A stretch of DNA of 39,967 nucleotides, from the IMG/VR virus record IMGVR_UViG_2974546594_000001, positions 121,536 to 161,502 of that record; one strand, 5' to 3'. The translations under genes and the position numbers were made by a program. Below the pieces are notes generated by a model. It did not search any database and was not told the origin of the DNA. It was given only the letters and a program-made list of their open reading frames with translations. This DNA comes from a virus (lineage: Duplodnaviria > Heunggongvirae > Uroviricota > Caudoviricetes > Ackermannviridae). Shown piece by piece: positions 7,977 to 16,667 of the stretch (positions are counted from its first letter, which is position 1; every line of letters begins with the position of its first letter).

Positions 7977-9046
7977 TGGCTCGCATGCTCAAGACAGCAA
8001 AGAAATTGGATCCGAATGCCGAAGTGCTGTCTAAAACCGATGCGCTGAAGCCTGATATTATTTGTAGCACGGGTATTCCTATCCTGAATTTGGCCTGGTC
8101 TGGTCGTATTGATGGTGGGCTGATATCTGGTATTAAGCAGTTGGTGGGTGATTCTCGTACATTCAAAACCATGTTTGGTCTGGTAGATGTCAAGGCTTAC
8201 ATGGACAAGTTTCCCGACGCAATTTGTATCTTCGCGGATTCGGAAGGCGGCGCGAATGAAAACTATTGGACGTCCATGGGTATCGACATGGATCGTGTTT
8301 TATATCTGCCGATCGAAAACGTTGAAAAGACGAAGATCAAGCTGACTCAACTTCTGAATGATGCCCAAAAAGGCGATAAAATCATCGTCTTTATTGACTC
8401 AATCAGCCAGTTGCCGTCTACCAAAGAAGTGGATGACGCCATCGCGGGTAAAGATACACAAGATATGACCCGCGCTCGTGCTCTCAATAGTTTTTGGCGT
8501 GTCATCACTCCGTTGGTCACTGAAAAGAAATTCGTTTTGGTGTGGATCAACTCTTATTATGATGAAATCGGGAACCAGTATGCCGAACCAAATATCAAAG
8601 GCGGTAAGCAAGGTTTCCTATCATCTAACCAATTGTGGTTCATCACCCGTTCCCAAGTTAAGGAAGACAAAGATCTTCTGGGTTGGCAATTCACTGTTAA
8701 CATCATGAAAGGCCGCTTTGTTCGTGAAAAAGCCAAGTTCCCTGTGACGGTATTGTATGAAGGCGGTATTGACCGTTGGTCTGGCATGTTGGAAATTGCA
8801 CGCATGCTGGGATATGTTGATCTGGTGAGCGGTTCCTGGTATCAGCGTACAGCCAAAGGCGGGTTTGATCCAGAGAAAGAGAAGAAATATCGCAAGTCAG
8901 AGCTGGGGGATGACTTCTGGTATCCACTGCTGGAAAACCCAGATTTTGTTGACGATGTAAACAATATGTTCGGTATCTCTCAGAGTTCGGTTATGCCTGC
9001 AGATATGCTGGAGCGTCTCGATCATGTCATCAAAACAACCGAGTAA
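7961..9046 (+). CDS. uvsX: RecA-like recombinase UvsX
   Basis: STGIPILNLAWSG, GDSRTFKT P-loop, DSEGG, VFIDSI, GGK, W..GML..A...G. Confidence 0.95.
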   Translation: MADSLMARMLKTAKKLDPNAEVLSKTDALKPDIICSTGIPILNLAWSGRIDGGLISGIKQLVGDSRTFKTMFGLVDVKAYMDKFPDAICIFADSEGGANENYWTSMGIDMDRVLYLPIENVEKTKIKLTQLLNDAQKGDKIIVFIDSISQLPSTKEVDDAIAGKDTQDMTRARALNSFWRVITPLVTEKKFVLVWINSYYDEIGNQYAEPNIKGGKQGFLSSNQLWFITRSQVKEDKDLLGWQFTVNIMKGRFVREKAKFPVTVLYEGGIDRWSGMLEIARMLGYVDLVSGSWYQRTAKGGFDPEKEKKYRKSELGDDFWYPLLENPDFVDDVNNMFGISQSSVMPADMLERLDHVIKTTE

Positions 9047-9353
9047 TATTGCAGGGGGAGGAGACTCCCCCGTTAATTACAAAATCATCGACCCTGGTTC
9101 TGATCAGTTAGCTATTATCGAAATAACGGAAGGCAAGTTCCGCGGTGTTCAATTTCGTGTAGGAAAAGTGGGTGTCCATGTAGACAATGGAGAACCTCGG
9201 TTATCCTTTACGACGGATATATTGAAGAAGCCATGGCGTTTGTTATTTGTTAATTTGAAAGAAAATGACTTGTTCACTGTGGTGTCTGGGGATATCTTAG
9301 TTGATCTGATACAGCAAAATGCTCAGGATTACAACAAAATTTTGGTGGGGTGA
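9024..9353 (+). CDS. Hypothetical protein (109 aa) in the position of T4 gene 40
   Basis: ORF with GGAG SD between uvsX and helicase; the gp40 link is positional only. Confidence 0.65.
   Translation: MSSKQPSNIAGGGDSPVNYKIIDPGSDQLAIIEITEGKFRGVQFRVGKVGVHVDNGEPRLSFTTDILKKPWRLLFVNLKENDLFTVVSGDILVDLIQQNAQDYNKILVG
9054..9071 (+). terminator. GC-rich GNRA hairpin just after the uvsX stop
   Basis: GGGGGAG-GAGA-CTCCCCC, weak T tail (GTTAATT). Confidence 0.55.
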
Positions 9354-9365
9354 GTCTGGAGTCCT

Positions 9366-9848
9366 ATGTTAACACAGCAGTCTCTTAAAGAAATACTACA
9401 TTATAATGAAGACACTGGTTGGTTTACATGGTTGGTGGACCGTGGTGGTACTGCTAAAGCCGGAACTCGAGCGGGTTCTTTGAAACCTGACGGATACAGG
9501 GCAATAAGAATCGGAGATAAGAAATATTTAGAACATAGATTAGCATTTCTCTACAAAACTGGTTCTTGGCCGAAGAAATTAGTTGATCACAAAAACCGGA
9601 TAAGGGACGACAATCGTTGGTTGAACTTGAGAGAATCCAATAAAAGTCAGAATGCGGTCAACACAGATTTGTACAGCCATAATACCACAGGTGCGAGAGG
9701 CGTGTTTCGATACAAGGGTAGGTGGTGCGTGCAAATCAGAGTTGACGGGAAATATAGATCGTTCGGGTATTACAATGAATTCGAAGAAGCAAAGGAAATG
9801 GCAGACAAGGTCTACAAAGATTTGTTCGGAGAATTTTATCAAGGCTAG
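9366..9848 (+). CDS. Free-standing HNH-AP2 homing endonuclease
   Basis: HRLAF....G..P..LVDHKN..RDDNR..NLR HNH core plus C-terminal GV....GRW..QI.VDG...SFG.Y AP2-like domain. Confidence 0.9.
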   Translation: MLTQQSLKEILHYNEDTGWFTWLVDRGGTAKAGTRAGSLKPDGYRAIRIGDKKYLEHRLAFLYKTGSWPKKLVDHKNRIRDDNRWLNLRESNKSQNAVNTDLYSHNTTGARGVFRYKGRWCVQIRVDGKYRSFGYYNEFEEAKEMADKVYKDLFGEFYQG

Positions 9849-9888
9849 TGATTGTCCTCTGTCAAACCAAATAATTTAGGAACACAAT

Positions 9889-11313
9889 ATGTTACTCGAA
9901 TCTGTCGTGCTTTCCCAATTAATCTACAATGAAGAATATCAAAGAAAGATCCAGCCGTATTTGAAAGCCGATTATTTCGATAACGAAGGCGAGAAGATTA
10001 TATTTGGTCTTATAGACCATTACACTTGCGAATATAATGCTCGTCCTTCGGTTGAAGCGCTGTCTATTATGCTGGAAAAGACTTCGCTCAACGAACACGT
10101 ATTTGATCAGGCCATTTCTGCTCTTGAAAATATTAATGACAATACTTTTCATCAGGACTGGTTAGTAAAAGAAACAGAAAGTTGGGCGCGTCAGAAAGCT
10201 GTTCATAACGCAATTAGACAAGCCGTTAACATATACGGCGATGAGAAACGCAAAGATGAGATGAACAACATCCCTACTTTGCTGCAAGAAGCCCTGGCGA
10301 TTCAGTTTGATTCATATCTCGGCCACATCTATTGGGAAATGGCTGAGCAACAATACGACCACATGAACTCTAATGAAGCGAAGATCCCTTTCGCCGTAGA
10401 GATATTCAACAAAGCAACTCGTGGTGGTGTTGGCAAGAAGACATTGAACATCGTTACAGGCGCAATCAACGCAGGTAAGACAACAACTCTGATTGATTTG
10501 GCTGCTGGTTATGCCGAGCAGGGGTTGAATGTGTTCGTATTCACCCTCGAAGTGGCCGAGAACGTCTGGCGCCACCGCCTTGATGCCCGTATGATGCGCA
10601 GGGACTTCGAGTCCTTAGAGAAGCTCTCACGGCACGAGTATATTGCCACCATACAAAAACTGAGAACCCGTCAAGACGGTTCCATGAAGGGTGATATTGT
10701 TATCAAGGAATATCCTTCGGGCGCGGGGCATACAGGTTTGTATCGTCGCGATATTCTTGATTATGCGACTGCAACAGGAATTACGCCTGATGTTATCATC
10801 ATTGACTACCTGGGGGAATCTGCGTCTTCTCGCCTTCCCGCTCACTTGATGCAAAACACCAACGTGTATTATACATCCGTGGCGCGGGAATTCCGTGCTC
10901 TTGGGTTTGAGTTTGATTGCCCTGTTTGGACAGGTATGCAGTTTAACCGTGAAAAGCAATCAGCAACTGATGGTGATATCAGTGACTTGGCAGACGCTAT
11001 CGGTATCCCGAAGGTCGCTGACTTTATCATGGCATTTTATGCCCCAGACGAACTGGCGGCTGTTAAGAAAGCCAGAGCATCAATCTTGAAAAATCGTTAT
11101 GCCAACAAGCAGAAACTCAAATCTTTCTTGTTCGGTATGGACCAAGATAAACAGATATTGTTCGACTTGGACTGGAATGAAGTCAAACGAGACCTGACTG
11201 ATGAAGAAGCCCGTTATGTTGAAAACGTGCATATCAAGCATGACTTGAATAAAACGGGGGACTCAAATGATGTTAAAAAAGCCGAGACCGTCAATAGTTG
11301 GAATTTCGGTTAA
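9889..11313 (+). CDS. 41: Replicative DNA helicase gp41
   Basis: TGAINAGKT Walker A, TLEVAE, IKEYP.G, IIIDYL, ADFI, KNRY. Confidence 0.95.
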   Translation: MLLESVVLSQLIYNEEYQRKIQPYLKADYFDNEGEKIIFGLIDHYTCEYNARPSVEALSIMLEKTSLNEHVFDQAISALENINDNTFHQDWLVKETESWARQKAVHNAIRQAVNIYGDEKRKDEMNNIPTLLQEALAIQFDSYLGHIYWEMAEQQYDHMNSNEAKIPFAVEIFNKATRGGVGKKTLNIVTGAINAGKTTTLIDLAAGYAEQGLNVFVFTLEVAENVWRHRLDARMMRRDFESLEKLSRHEYIATIQKLRTRQDGSMKGDIVIKEYPSGAGHTGLYRRDILDYATATGITPDVIIIDYLGESASSRLPAHLMQNTNVYYTSVAREFRALGFEFDCPVWTGMQFNREKQSATDGDISDLADAIGIPKVADFIMAFYAPDELAAVKKARASILKNRYANKQKLKSFLFGMDQDKQILFDLDWNEVKRDLTDEEARYVENVHIKHDLNKTGDSNDVKKAETVNSWNFG

Positions 11314-11314
11314 C

Positions 11315-11352
11315 TTCAATAATGGTGGTCATAGGGTATAATCTCTATGATC
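11315..11352 (+). promoter_or_regulatory. TTCAAT-N16-TATAAT promoter; TATAAT is exactly the loop of a 10-bp hairpin
   Basis: Arms GGTCATAGGG (11327-36) and CTCTATGATC (11343-52). Confidence 0.7.
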
Positions 11353-11376
11353 TGAATATTAACCCAGGAGCACATC

Positions 11377-11709
11377 ATGTCGGATGTTGCATTTATAGCT
11401 GACCTGATTCAGGCGGCACAACAGGTGTGCCAGTCTGGACAAACCAGTCTCAGTCTGTCTACAGAGCAGACATTGGAATTTTACAAGAATCGACGGCATT
11501 GGGGTAAGGCTGTTAAGATACATTGCGAACCAGGAGAATTGGTTCAGCTCGATCTTCCATCTTTCCCGTTGCCAGTGCAGACCAATACTCAGGAATATTA
11601 TAAAGTTGAAGGTGTCGACATTATTCCTAAGTTTGGTTTCCACAGTATCGTTTATTTCTTCCTGCGCCGTTTGGGGACCAGTATTGGCCCACTCGGTTCT
11701 CGTCATTAA
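11377..11709 (+). CDS. Hypothetical protein (110 aa)
   Basis: AGGAG SD, follows promoter. Confidence 0.8.
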   Translation: MSDVAFIADLIQAAQQVCQSGQTSLSLSTEQTLEFYKNRRHWGKAVKIHCEPGELVQLDLPSFPLPVQTNTQEYYKVEGVDIIPKFGFHSIVYFFLRRLGTSIGPLGSRH

Positions 11710-11721
11710 TGAGGATATGTT

Positions 11722-12033
11722 ATGTCAGTTGAACAAATCGGGTTTTACCAACTTCCTTCTGATCCCAAGCTGCGTCAAAAGATGATGCAGACATTGGAAA
11801 ATTGCCGCGCCGCCCAGATCCGTATCAAGTCTGAACAGACATTTGTTACCGAAGCTCTGGCCGAATTGGCAAAAGAAACAGGCATCAAAGCCGTTGATCT
11901 GCGCAAAGTCGTTACTGACCGCGCTGGCGGAACTTACACCAAGACCATCGAGACCAGCGCCAAATACCAAGATCTCTATGAGTCTCTGTATCCTAATGCA
12001 GCGCCTGATCGCGCAGCCGATCCTCAGCCATAA
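11722..12033 (+). CDS. Small dsDNA-binding protein resembling T4 DsbA
   Basis: RIK.......LAELAKETGI...DLRK.......T..IE......DLYESLY pattern parallels T4 DsbA. Confidence 0.55.
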   Translation: MSVEQIGFYQLPSDPKLRQKMMQTLENCRAAQIRIKSEQTFVTEALAELAKETGIKAVDLRKVVTDRAGGTYTKTIETSAKYQDLYESLYPNAAPDRAADPQP

Positions 12034-12042
12034 ATCCCCCAG

Positions 12043-12070
12043 AAAGCCCAACAATTTGTTGGGCTTTTTA
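12043..12070 (+). terminator. Intrinsic terminator
   Basis: AAAGCCCAACA-ATT-TGTTGGGCTTT then TTATTT. Confidence 0.85.
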
Positions 12071-12116
12071 TTTGAAACCTTTACTTCAATAAAACATACG
12101 GCTATCATTTAACCTA

Positions 12117-12140
12117 CTTTGAAAAGTTTCACTATATCAT
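12117..12140 (+). promoter_or_regulatory. CTTTGAA-N11-TATCAT candidate promoter
   Basis: Same spacing as the TATTGAA-N11 copies; a TTCAAT-N12-TATCAT also lies at 12085-12108. Confidence 0.4.
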
Positions 12141-12151
12141 GAGAGGCAGAT

Positions 12152-13345
12152 ATGAAAGCCAAGACCTTCAGTATTCCTATCGACAACATTGGTCGTGTCA
12201 AGGAACGTCTGGCCAAACTTGAAAGAACGGCCAAGCGCCTGAATCTCGAGTTCCCTCTTGTCGAATACAGCGAACCATACAAAACCCAGCATCGCGATTC
12301 TATCACTGGTGAAAAATTCTATCGGTGGTGGCAGGATTGTACACTCACTGGTGAAGGCATCGACCGCCCTGTTTCCTACGGCGGGTGGAGCATTATTGGA
12401 CAATTCAATCACCAATATCCAAAAGTCATCTTGAATAAATTAGCAGATGACATCCACCCTAATTTCATTCAAAGATTCGAAGCCGAAAACGTGTCTTGGT
12501 GTGAGCATTGTAATAAATCTGTGCGTCGTCATAACACATATGTTGTTCGTAACGAACAATCCGGCGCTCAAATGCTGGTCGGTAGTAGCTGTATGCATCA
12601 TTACGTTCCTCATCAGAAATCGCTTGATGTCGTGATGTCTTATTATATGTCAATACATGAAATGTTCTCACCTGATGAAGATGACCCTGAAGGCATCTAT
12701 CGAGTGAACGAACCTGATTACGTTGACACTGAAGGTTATTTGCGGAATTGCTTTCAGGTTCTGCTGTCTGGTATGAGTATGAAGAGCGATGATTTTGGTC
12801 GAGTTCTTGGTCATATTTCTAGCGGGACTCGTCCGGAGAAAGGTTCTGACATTGAGATATTCTATAACAAGGCAGTTAAAGCCCGTGAAGATGCTCAATC
12901 AGAGATGTACCATATGATGCTTTTCATCGCCGCGTTGTCTGAGAACAATGATTTCAACGTTCGTCTGAAACGTATGTGTGAACCTGGATATCACCTCGTT
13001 AAGGACTCAACAACAGTTCGTTGGGGAGCAGCAAAGTATTATGATTATATCCACACCCCCCGCCAAATGCGTTCTGTATCAAATTGGGTGGGGGAAGTCG
13101 GTGAAATGTTAGAAGTGCAAGTCAAATTCGAAGCAAGGATTTTCCTGTATTCATCTGATTATGGTGACACGTATCTGTATACTTTCAAAACCAAAGAAGG
13201 CAATACCATTACATGGAAGACTTCTTATATGGAAACCGAATTCCTGGAAGGTGATATGATCATTCGTGGTCGCGTCAAAGAATTGACCGAATTCAAAGAT
13301 GTTAAACAAACTCAGGTAACAAGGGCAAAACTGAGGAAATTATGA
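12152..13345 (+). CDS. Conserved phage protein with Zn-binding Cys motifs and a C-terminal OB-fold-like domain
   Basis: CEHC..RRHNTY..VGSSC; C-terminal WVGEVGE.LEV.V....Y.F.T.EG..ITWKTS...RGRVK..EFK..KQT..TR. Confidence 0.8.
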   Translation: MKAKTFSIPIDNIGRVKERLAKLERTAKRLNLEFPLVEYSEPYKTQHRDSITGEKFYRWWQDCTLTGEGIDRPVSYGGWSIIGQFNHQYPKVILNKLADDIHPNFIQRFEAENVSWCEHCNKSVRRHNTYVVRNEQSGAQMLVGSSCMHHYVPHQKSLDVVMSYYMSIHEMFSPDEDDPEGIYRVNEPDYVDTEGYLRNCFQVLLSGMSMKSDDFGRVLGHISSGTRPEKGSDIEIFYNKAVKAREDAQSEMYHMMLFIAALSENNDFNVRLKRMCEPGYHLVKDSTTVRWGAAKYYDYIHTPRQMRSVSNWVGEVGEMLEVQVKFEARIFLYSSDYGDTYLYTFKTKEGNTITWKTSYMETEFLEGDMIIRGRVKELTEFKDVKQTQVTRAKLRKL

Positions 13346-13458
13346 TTCTTTTACAATTTGTTTTGAAAGCATTTGCATTCGGTCTTATCGCATGCGGAGT
13401 GATCACAGCTATGCTGTTAATCATAGCCCTGATCATCCCCTTTAAGAGGAAGAAATGA
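13342..13458 (+). CDS. Small membrane protein (38 aa), absent from the ORF track
   Basis: MILLQFVLKAFAFGLIACGVITAMLLIIALIIPFKRKK; ATGA overlap upstream, GAGG SD, stop abuts next ATG. Confidence 0.7.
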   Translation: MILLQFVLKAFAFGLIACGVITAMLLIIALIIPFKRKK

Positions 13459-13659
13459 ATGAAGCGCGAAATTAAGGATGTGTATGATCCTGGATCTTGT
13501 TGCCCAGGACACGACAAATATCCTTCAGAAAAATATAAAAATCGTCGTTCTGTAGCTAAACGTTCCGAGGGGATAAAGAAAGAACATCGTCACGCTCGCC
13601 GTGTTAAGCGCCTTGCGTTGAAAATCGATATATTCTATTCACCTCAGGAGGATTTTTAA
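13459..13659 (+). CDS. Small basic hypothetical protein (66 aa)
   Basis: Packed ORF with CCPGH motif. Confidence 0.7.
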   Translation: MKREIKDVYDPGSCCPGHDKYPSEKYKNRRSVAKRSEGIKKEHRHARRVKRLALKIDIFYSPQEDF

Positions 13660-13868
13660 TGGAATGTTCATGTGGAGGGCAAGGCACAAGTGCATACTTG
13701 CCATTTAACACCGTCAAGGAAGCCGAAGACGCTGGATATGCCGTGGACAAGGCTCCCTGTGTAATTGCCATTAAGGATTGTCCGTGCTGTAAGAGGCACT
13801 CTCAGAACGTTTGGTATGCCCCAGAAGCAAAGGGCAAAATTAATTTATTGAATATGATGAGGAAGTAA
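13659..13868 (+). CDS. Small Cys-rich hypothetical protein (69 aa)
   Basis: AGGAGG SD; CSC...CPCC possible Zn finger. Confidence 0.75.
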   Translation: MECSCGGQGTSAYLPFNTVKEAEDAGYAVDKAPCVIAIKDCPCCKRHSQNVWYAPEAKGKINLLNMMRK

Positions 13869-13869
13869 T

Positions 13870-14208
13870 ATGACCACACTCGTAGAAACATTATTCCCAG
13901 GATGCACCCTTGGGCGCGGCGGTAGCGAAGCCAACGGGTTGGCAATTGACGCCGAACCACAGAACTGCGTTGTTATCGACAAATTCCATGACAATCACTA
14001 TCCTCTGAGCCATCGTCGTGATCATTATCTGGTTTCTGTGGGCGAAACATTGGTCTCTCTTCGTATTTGTGAAGCAATGCCTGGTTATGGTTATGACGCA
14101 TTTGCATATATCCATAGCGTTTCCAATGGGGAAATGGAGAAAGAAACCCTGACTGAACAATTCAAAGGATGGAAAGAATCTTTCACTTCTGTCAAGGAAA
14201 GAAGTTAG
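13870..14208 (+). CDS. Hypothetical protein (112 aa)
   Basis: GAGG SD, packed ORF. Confidence 0.75.
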   Translation: MTTLVETLFPGCTLGRGGSEANGLAIDAEPQNCVVIDKFHDNHYPLSHRRDHYLVSVGETLVSLRICEAMPGYGYDAFAYIHSVSNGEMEKETLTEQFKGWKESFTSVKERS

Positions 14209-14216
14209 AATAATTC

Positions 14217-14264
14217 TATTGAAGTCTCTGGGGTTATAATAACAAGACGAATAACCCTGGAGAC
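14217..14264 (+). promoter_or_regulatory. TATTGAA-N11-TATAAT promoter inside a 14-bp hairpin that pairs with the ligase SD
   Basis: Left arm 14224-37, right arm 14251-64 containing GGAG 14259-62. Confidence 0.7.
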
Positions 14265-14266
14265 AC

Positions 14267-15721
14267 ATGATGCTTCCTCTCTTAGAAATAATCCAAAATC
14301 TTCGTGATACCAAAGGCACTAATGCTAAGAAAGCCGTGTTGACCGAAGCGTTCAGAACCAATCCGGAACTGGTTGATTTCCTTCAATACGTTTATGATCC
14401 AATGCGTTCTTATTATCGCACCCAATTCAATCTGAATGCATTCCCTCGCATGCTTTCGCGCGGCGTTGTCGGTAGCTGGGATCAGGTTTATGACGTTCTT
14501 GATATGATGTCAGAACGTCGTATTGGCGGGATGAAGGCCGACCAAGAACTGGCAAAGGCGGCAACAAATATTCATCCTGATTACCACACCCTCATCCAGA
14601 TCATTCTCGACCGAGACATTAAAGCGGGGATTGCGGAGAAAGGTATCAACGCAGCATTCAACGCAGCCGGAGGCACAGGTCGCCTGATTAACATCCTCCC
14701 ATATCATCGTTATGACAACATGACGATTGATTTGTTGAAGACGATGGGCTTCAAGCGCGGCGTATTCAGTCAGCTGAAGTCTGACGGGATGTTCGCCAAC
14801 ATCATTTGTCGCTATGGAAAAGATCCAGAGATTCGTTCTCGCTCTGGTTCTTTGATTGCGGGTGGTTCCGTTGATAACCTATCATTGGTTTTCAAAGATA
14901 TCATCTATGACGCTGGGATTGGGGAAAGCGTTTTTCATGGTGAACTCCTTGTTATCGATCTGAAGACGAATACAGTCCTTCCCAGAGCTATCGGTAACGG
15001 TAAACTTAACAGCGTCATCCAGACTGGTGAACCTCTGGAAGATCGTTATCGAGTGATTTATCGTGTATGGGATGTTGTTCCATACGACAAATGGTTCAAC
15101 GCAGAGCGGGTTGACACCCCGTATGAACGACGCTTCGATATTATCCAGCAGCTGTTTGATGAAGACGACGGGTTGGTTCAGGTTCAGGAGACCCGTGTTG
15201 TTCACTCGTTTGAAGAGGCGGTTGATCACTTCAAGGATGCACTGGCTCGTGGCGAAGAAGGAACGATCTGTAAAGCGGCTGATATGCCATGGGAAGACGG
15301 CACGTCCTCTGAAGGTCTGAAATTGAAGATGGAAGTGGAATGCGACCTTGAAATTGTGGGATTTAACGAAGGGGATAAGAAAGGCAAACATGCCAAGACT
15401 TTTGGTTCTCTGTTATGTAAGACTTCCGACGGCCTATTAGTCGTTGGCGTCTCTGGGATCTCAGATGAGCTGAGACTCCGGATGTGGGAAAACCAGGGCG
15501 ACTACATTGGCATGATAGCTGCGGTGCTCTCTAATGGCGTACAGGATAAAACAGATGACGCCATGAAGTCCTTGTTCCTCCCGCGACTTGTCGAAGTGCG
15601 CACAGACAAGAAAGTTGCCAACACGCTGGCTGAAGTCTATGCTATCCAGAAAGCGTACATTGAAAACATTCTGGTGTTGTTAGAGGCTGATATGATGAAC
15701 AAGGAGCCTGACAATGGGTGA
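14267..15721 (+). CDS. 30: ATP-dependent DNA ligase gp30
   Basis: QLKSDG (KxDG), HGEL, WDVV, EEGTICK, LKLK, FLPRLVEVR.DK. Confidence 0.95.
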   Translation: MMLPLLEIIQNLRDTKGTNAKKAVLTEAFRTNPELVDFLQYVYDPMRSYYRTQFNLNAFPRMLSRGVVGSWDQVYDVLDMMSERRIGGMKADQELAKAATNIHPDYHTLIQIILDRDIKAGIAEKGINAAFNAAGGTGRLINILPYHRYDNMTIDLLKTMGFKRGVFSQLKSDGMFANIICRYGKDPEIRSRSGSLIAGGSVDNLSLVFKDIIYDAGIGESVFHGELLVIDLKTNTVLPRAIGNGKLNSVIQTGEPLEDRYRVIYRVWDVVPYDKWFNAERVDTPYERRFDIIQQLFDEDDGLVQVQETRVVHSFEEAVDHFKDALARGEEGTICKAADMPWEDGTSSEGLKLKMEVECDLEIVGFNEGDKKGKHAKTFGSLLCKTSDGLLVVGVSGISDELRLRMWENQGDYIGMIAAVLSNGVQDKTDDAMKSLFLPRLVEVRTDKKVANTLAEVYAIQKAYIENILVLLEADMMNKEPDNG

Positions 15722-15962
15722 GTACATGAGTTTCTGGTGGGCGAAGTTCCTTGTTGAACTTCAAATATCCGGCGCTGTGTTTTTGTTACTGTTCTTGATA
15801 GCCATGATACCCGTTACACGGAAAGCGATCAAGCAATGGCGTTGCAAGCACCCCACTTATCGTGAGAACTACGCATGCCAAGCCATCTGCACACATTGCG
15901 GGAAGGATATGGGCTTCGTCGGCATTATTCGCAAAATGAAGAATCACAAAGAGGTGTGGTGA
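15714..15962 (+). CDS. Small membrane-anchored protein with Cys/His cluster (82 aa)
   Basis: Hydrophobic N-terminal helix; CKH...C..ICTHCG. Confidence 0.7.
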   Translation: MGEYMSFWWAKFLVELQISGAVFLLLFLIAMIPVTRKAIKQWRCKHPTYRENYACQAICTHCGKDMGFVGIIRKMKNHKEVW

Positions 15963-16168
15963 TGAACCAGATGTGTGAGAGGGTGAAAGAATTCATCCAC
16001 CGGAACCCCAATTGCTCCTACGCGCAGATCGCTGAAGGTGCCAATATCCCCATGAGTATGGTCAGTGGTTGCCTTCGCATTTTGATACGCGATGGTCATG
16101 TTGTGAAGTATAACCATAAAGATGCTCAGGGTAAAACCCTATCTAATTCGTATGATGTTGTGGGTTAG
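15962..16168 (+). CDS. Small winged-helix DNA-binding protein (68 aa)
   Basis: V.EFI..NP.CS..QIA....IP...VSG.LRIL...G.V wHTH pattern; GAGG SD. Confidence 0.65.
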   Translation: MNQMCERVKEFIHRNPNCSYAQIAEGANIPMSMVSGCLRILIRDGHVVKYNHKDAQGKTLSNSYDVVG

Positions 16169-16177
16169 AATTGAATT

Positions 16178-16198
16178 AAGGGGGTGTAACCCCCCTTT
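16178..16198 (+). terminator. Intrinsic terminator
   Basis: AAGGGGG-TGTAAC-CCCCCTT then T. Confidence 0.65.
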
Positions 16199-16221
16199 CA
16201 ATAAATCTATGGCAGTATAAT
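16197..16221 (+). promoter_or_regulatory. TTCAAT-N13-TATAAT promoter overlapping the terminator tail
   Basis: TTCAAT 16197-202, GGCAG-TATAAT 16216-21. Confidence 0.6.
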
Positions 16222-16249
16222 TCCAACAAATCATCACAACGGTATTGTT

Positions 16250-16513
16250 ATGAAACTTGTTGACAAACAACCAAGAAAGAATAATGACTCATTACATCTC
16301 TTAACCATTATGCGGGAGTTGGGAGTTTCTGAATTGCAAATGATGAAGTTGATGAATTGTTCTGACGTTGTCTATAATTGGACAAACGGTTATCGTCTTA
16401 TCCCAAAATCATTCCGTCGTTTTATTTTGGCATTGGTGTTTATTCATCGCCAAGGAAAAACAGAAGAGTTTCAACGTTTCGTTAAATCAGAGGAGAGATC
16501 ACGTGGTTGGTAA
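16250..16513 (+). CDS. XRE-like HTH protein (87 aa)
   Basis: L..IMRELGVS..QM...M......YNW.NG.R.IP. Confidence 0.65.
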   Translation: MKLVDKQPRKNNDSLHLLTIMRELGVSELQMMKLMNCSDVVYNWTNGYRLIPKSFRRFILALVFIHRQGKTEEFQRFVKSEERSRGW

Positions 16514-16667
16514 AAATCCGCCGTCATATGTCAAAATCGGGATCGCTTTCCGGAACGCCATGCTTTTCATTAAAGAGAAAGGCTTGATGTCGGAGTTCAA
16601 TCAGTTCTGTTCTGAACGCCACAGATTACAGAAACAGAAAAGCAGGGAGAAACGCCATGATAACTGA
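16503..16667 (+). CDS. Hypothetical protein (54 aa)
   Basis: GTG start after AGGAG; 3' part of track ORF 16368..16667. Confidence 0.6.
   Translation: MVGKNPPSYVKIGIAFRNAMLFIKEKGLMSEFNQFCSERHRLQKQKSREKRHDN

Noticed and set aside
7961-15721. Inteins or group I introns in uvsX, helicase or ligase
   Set aside because: Lengths are standard, frames are continuous, and no Cys/Ser...His-Asn splice motifs were seen.
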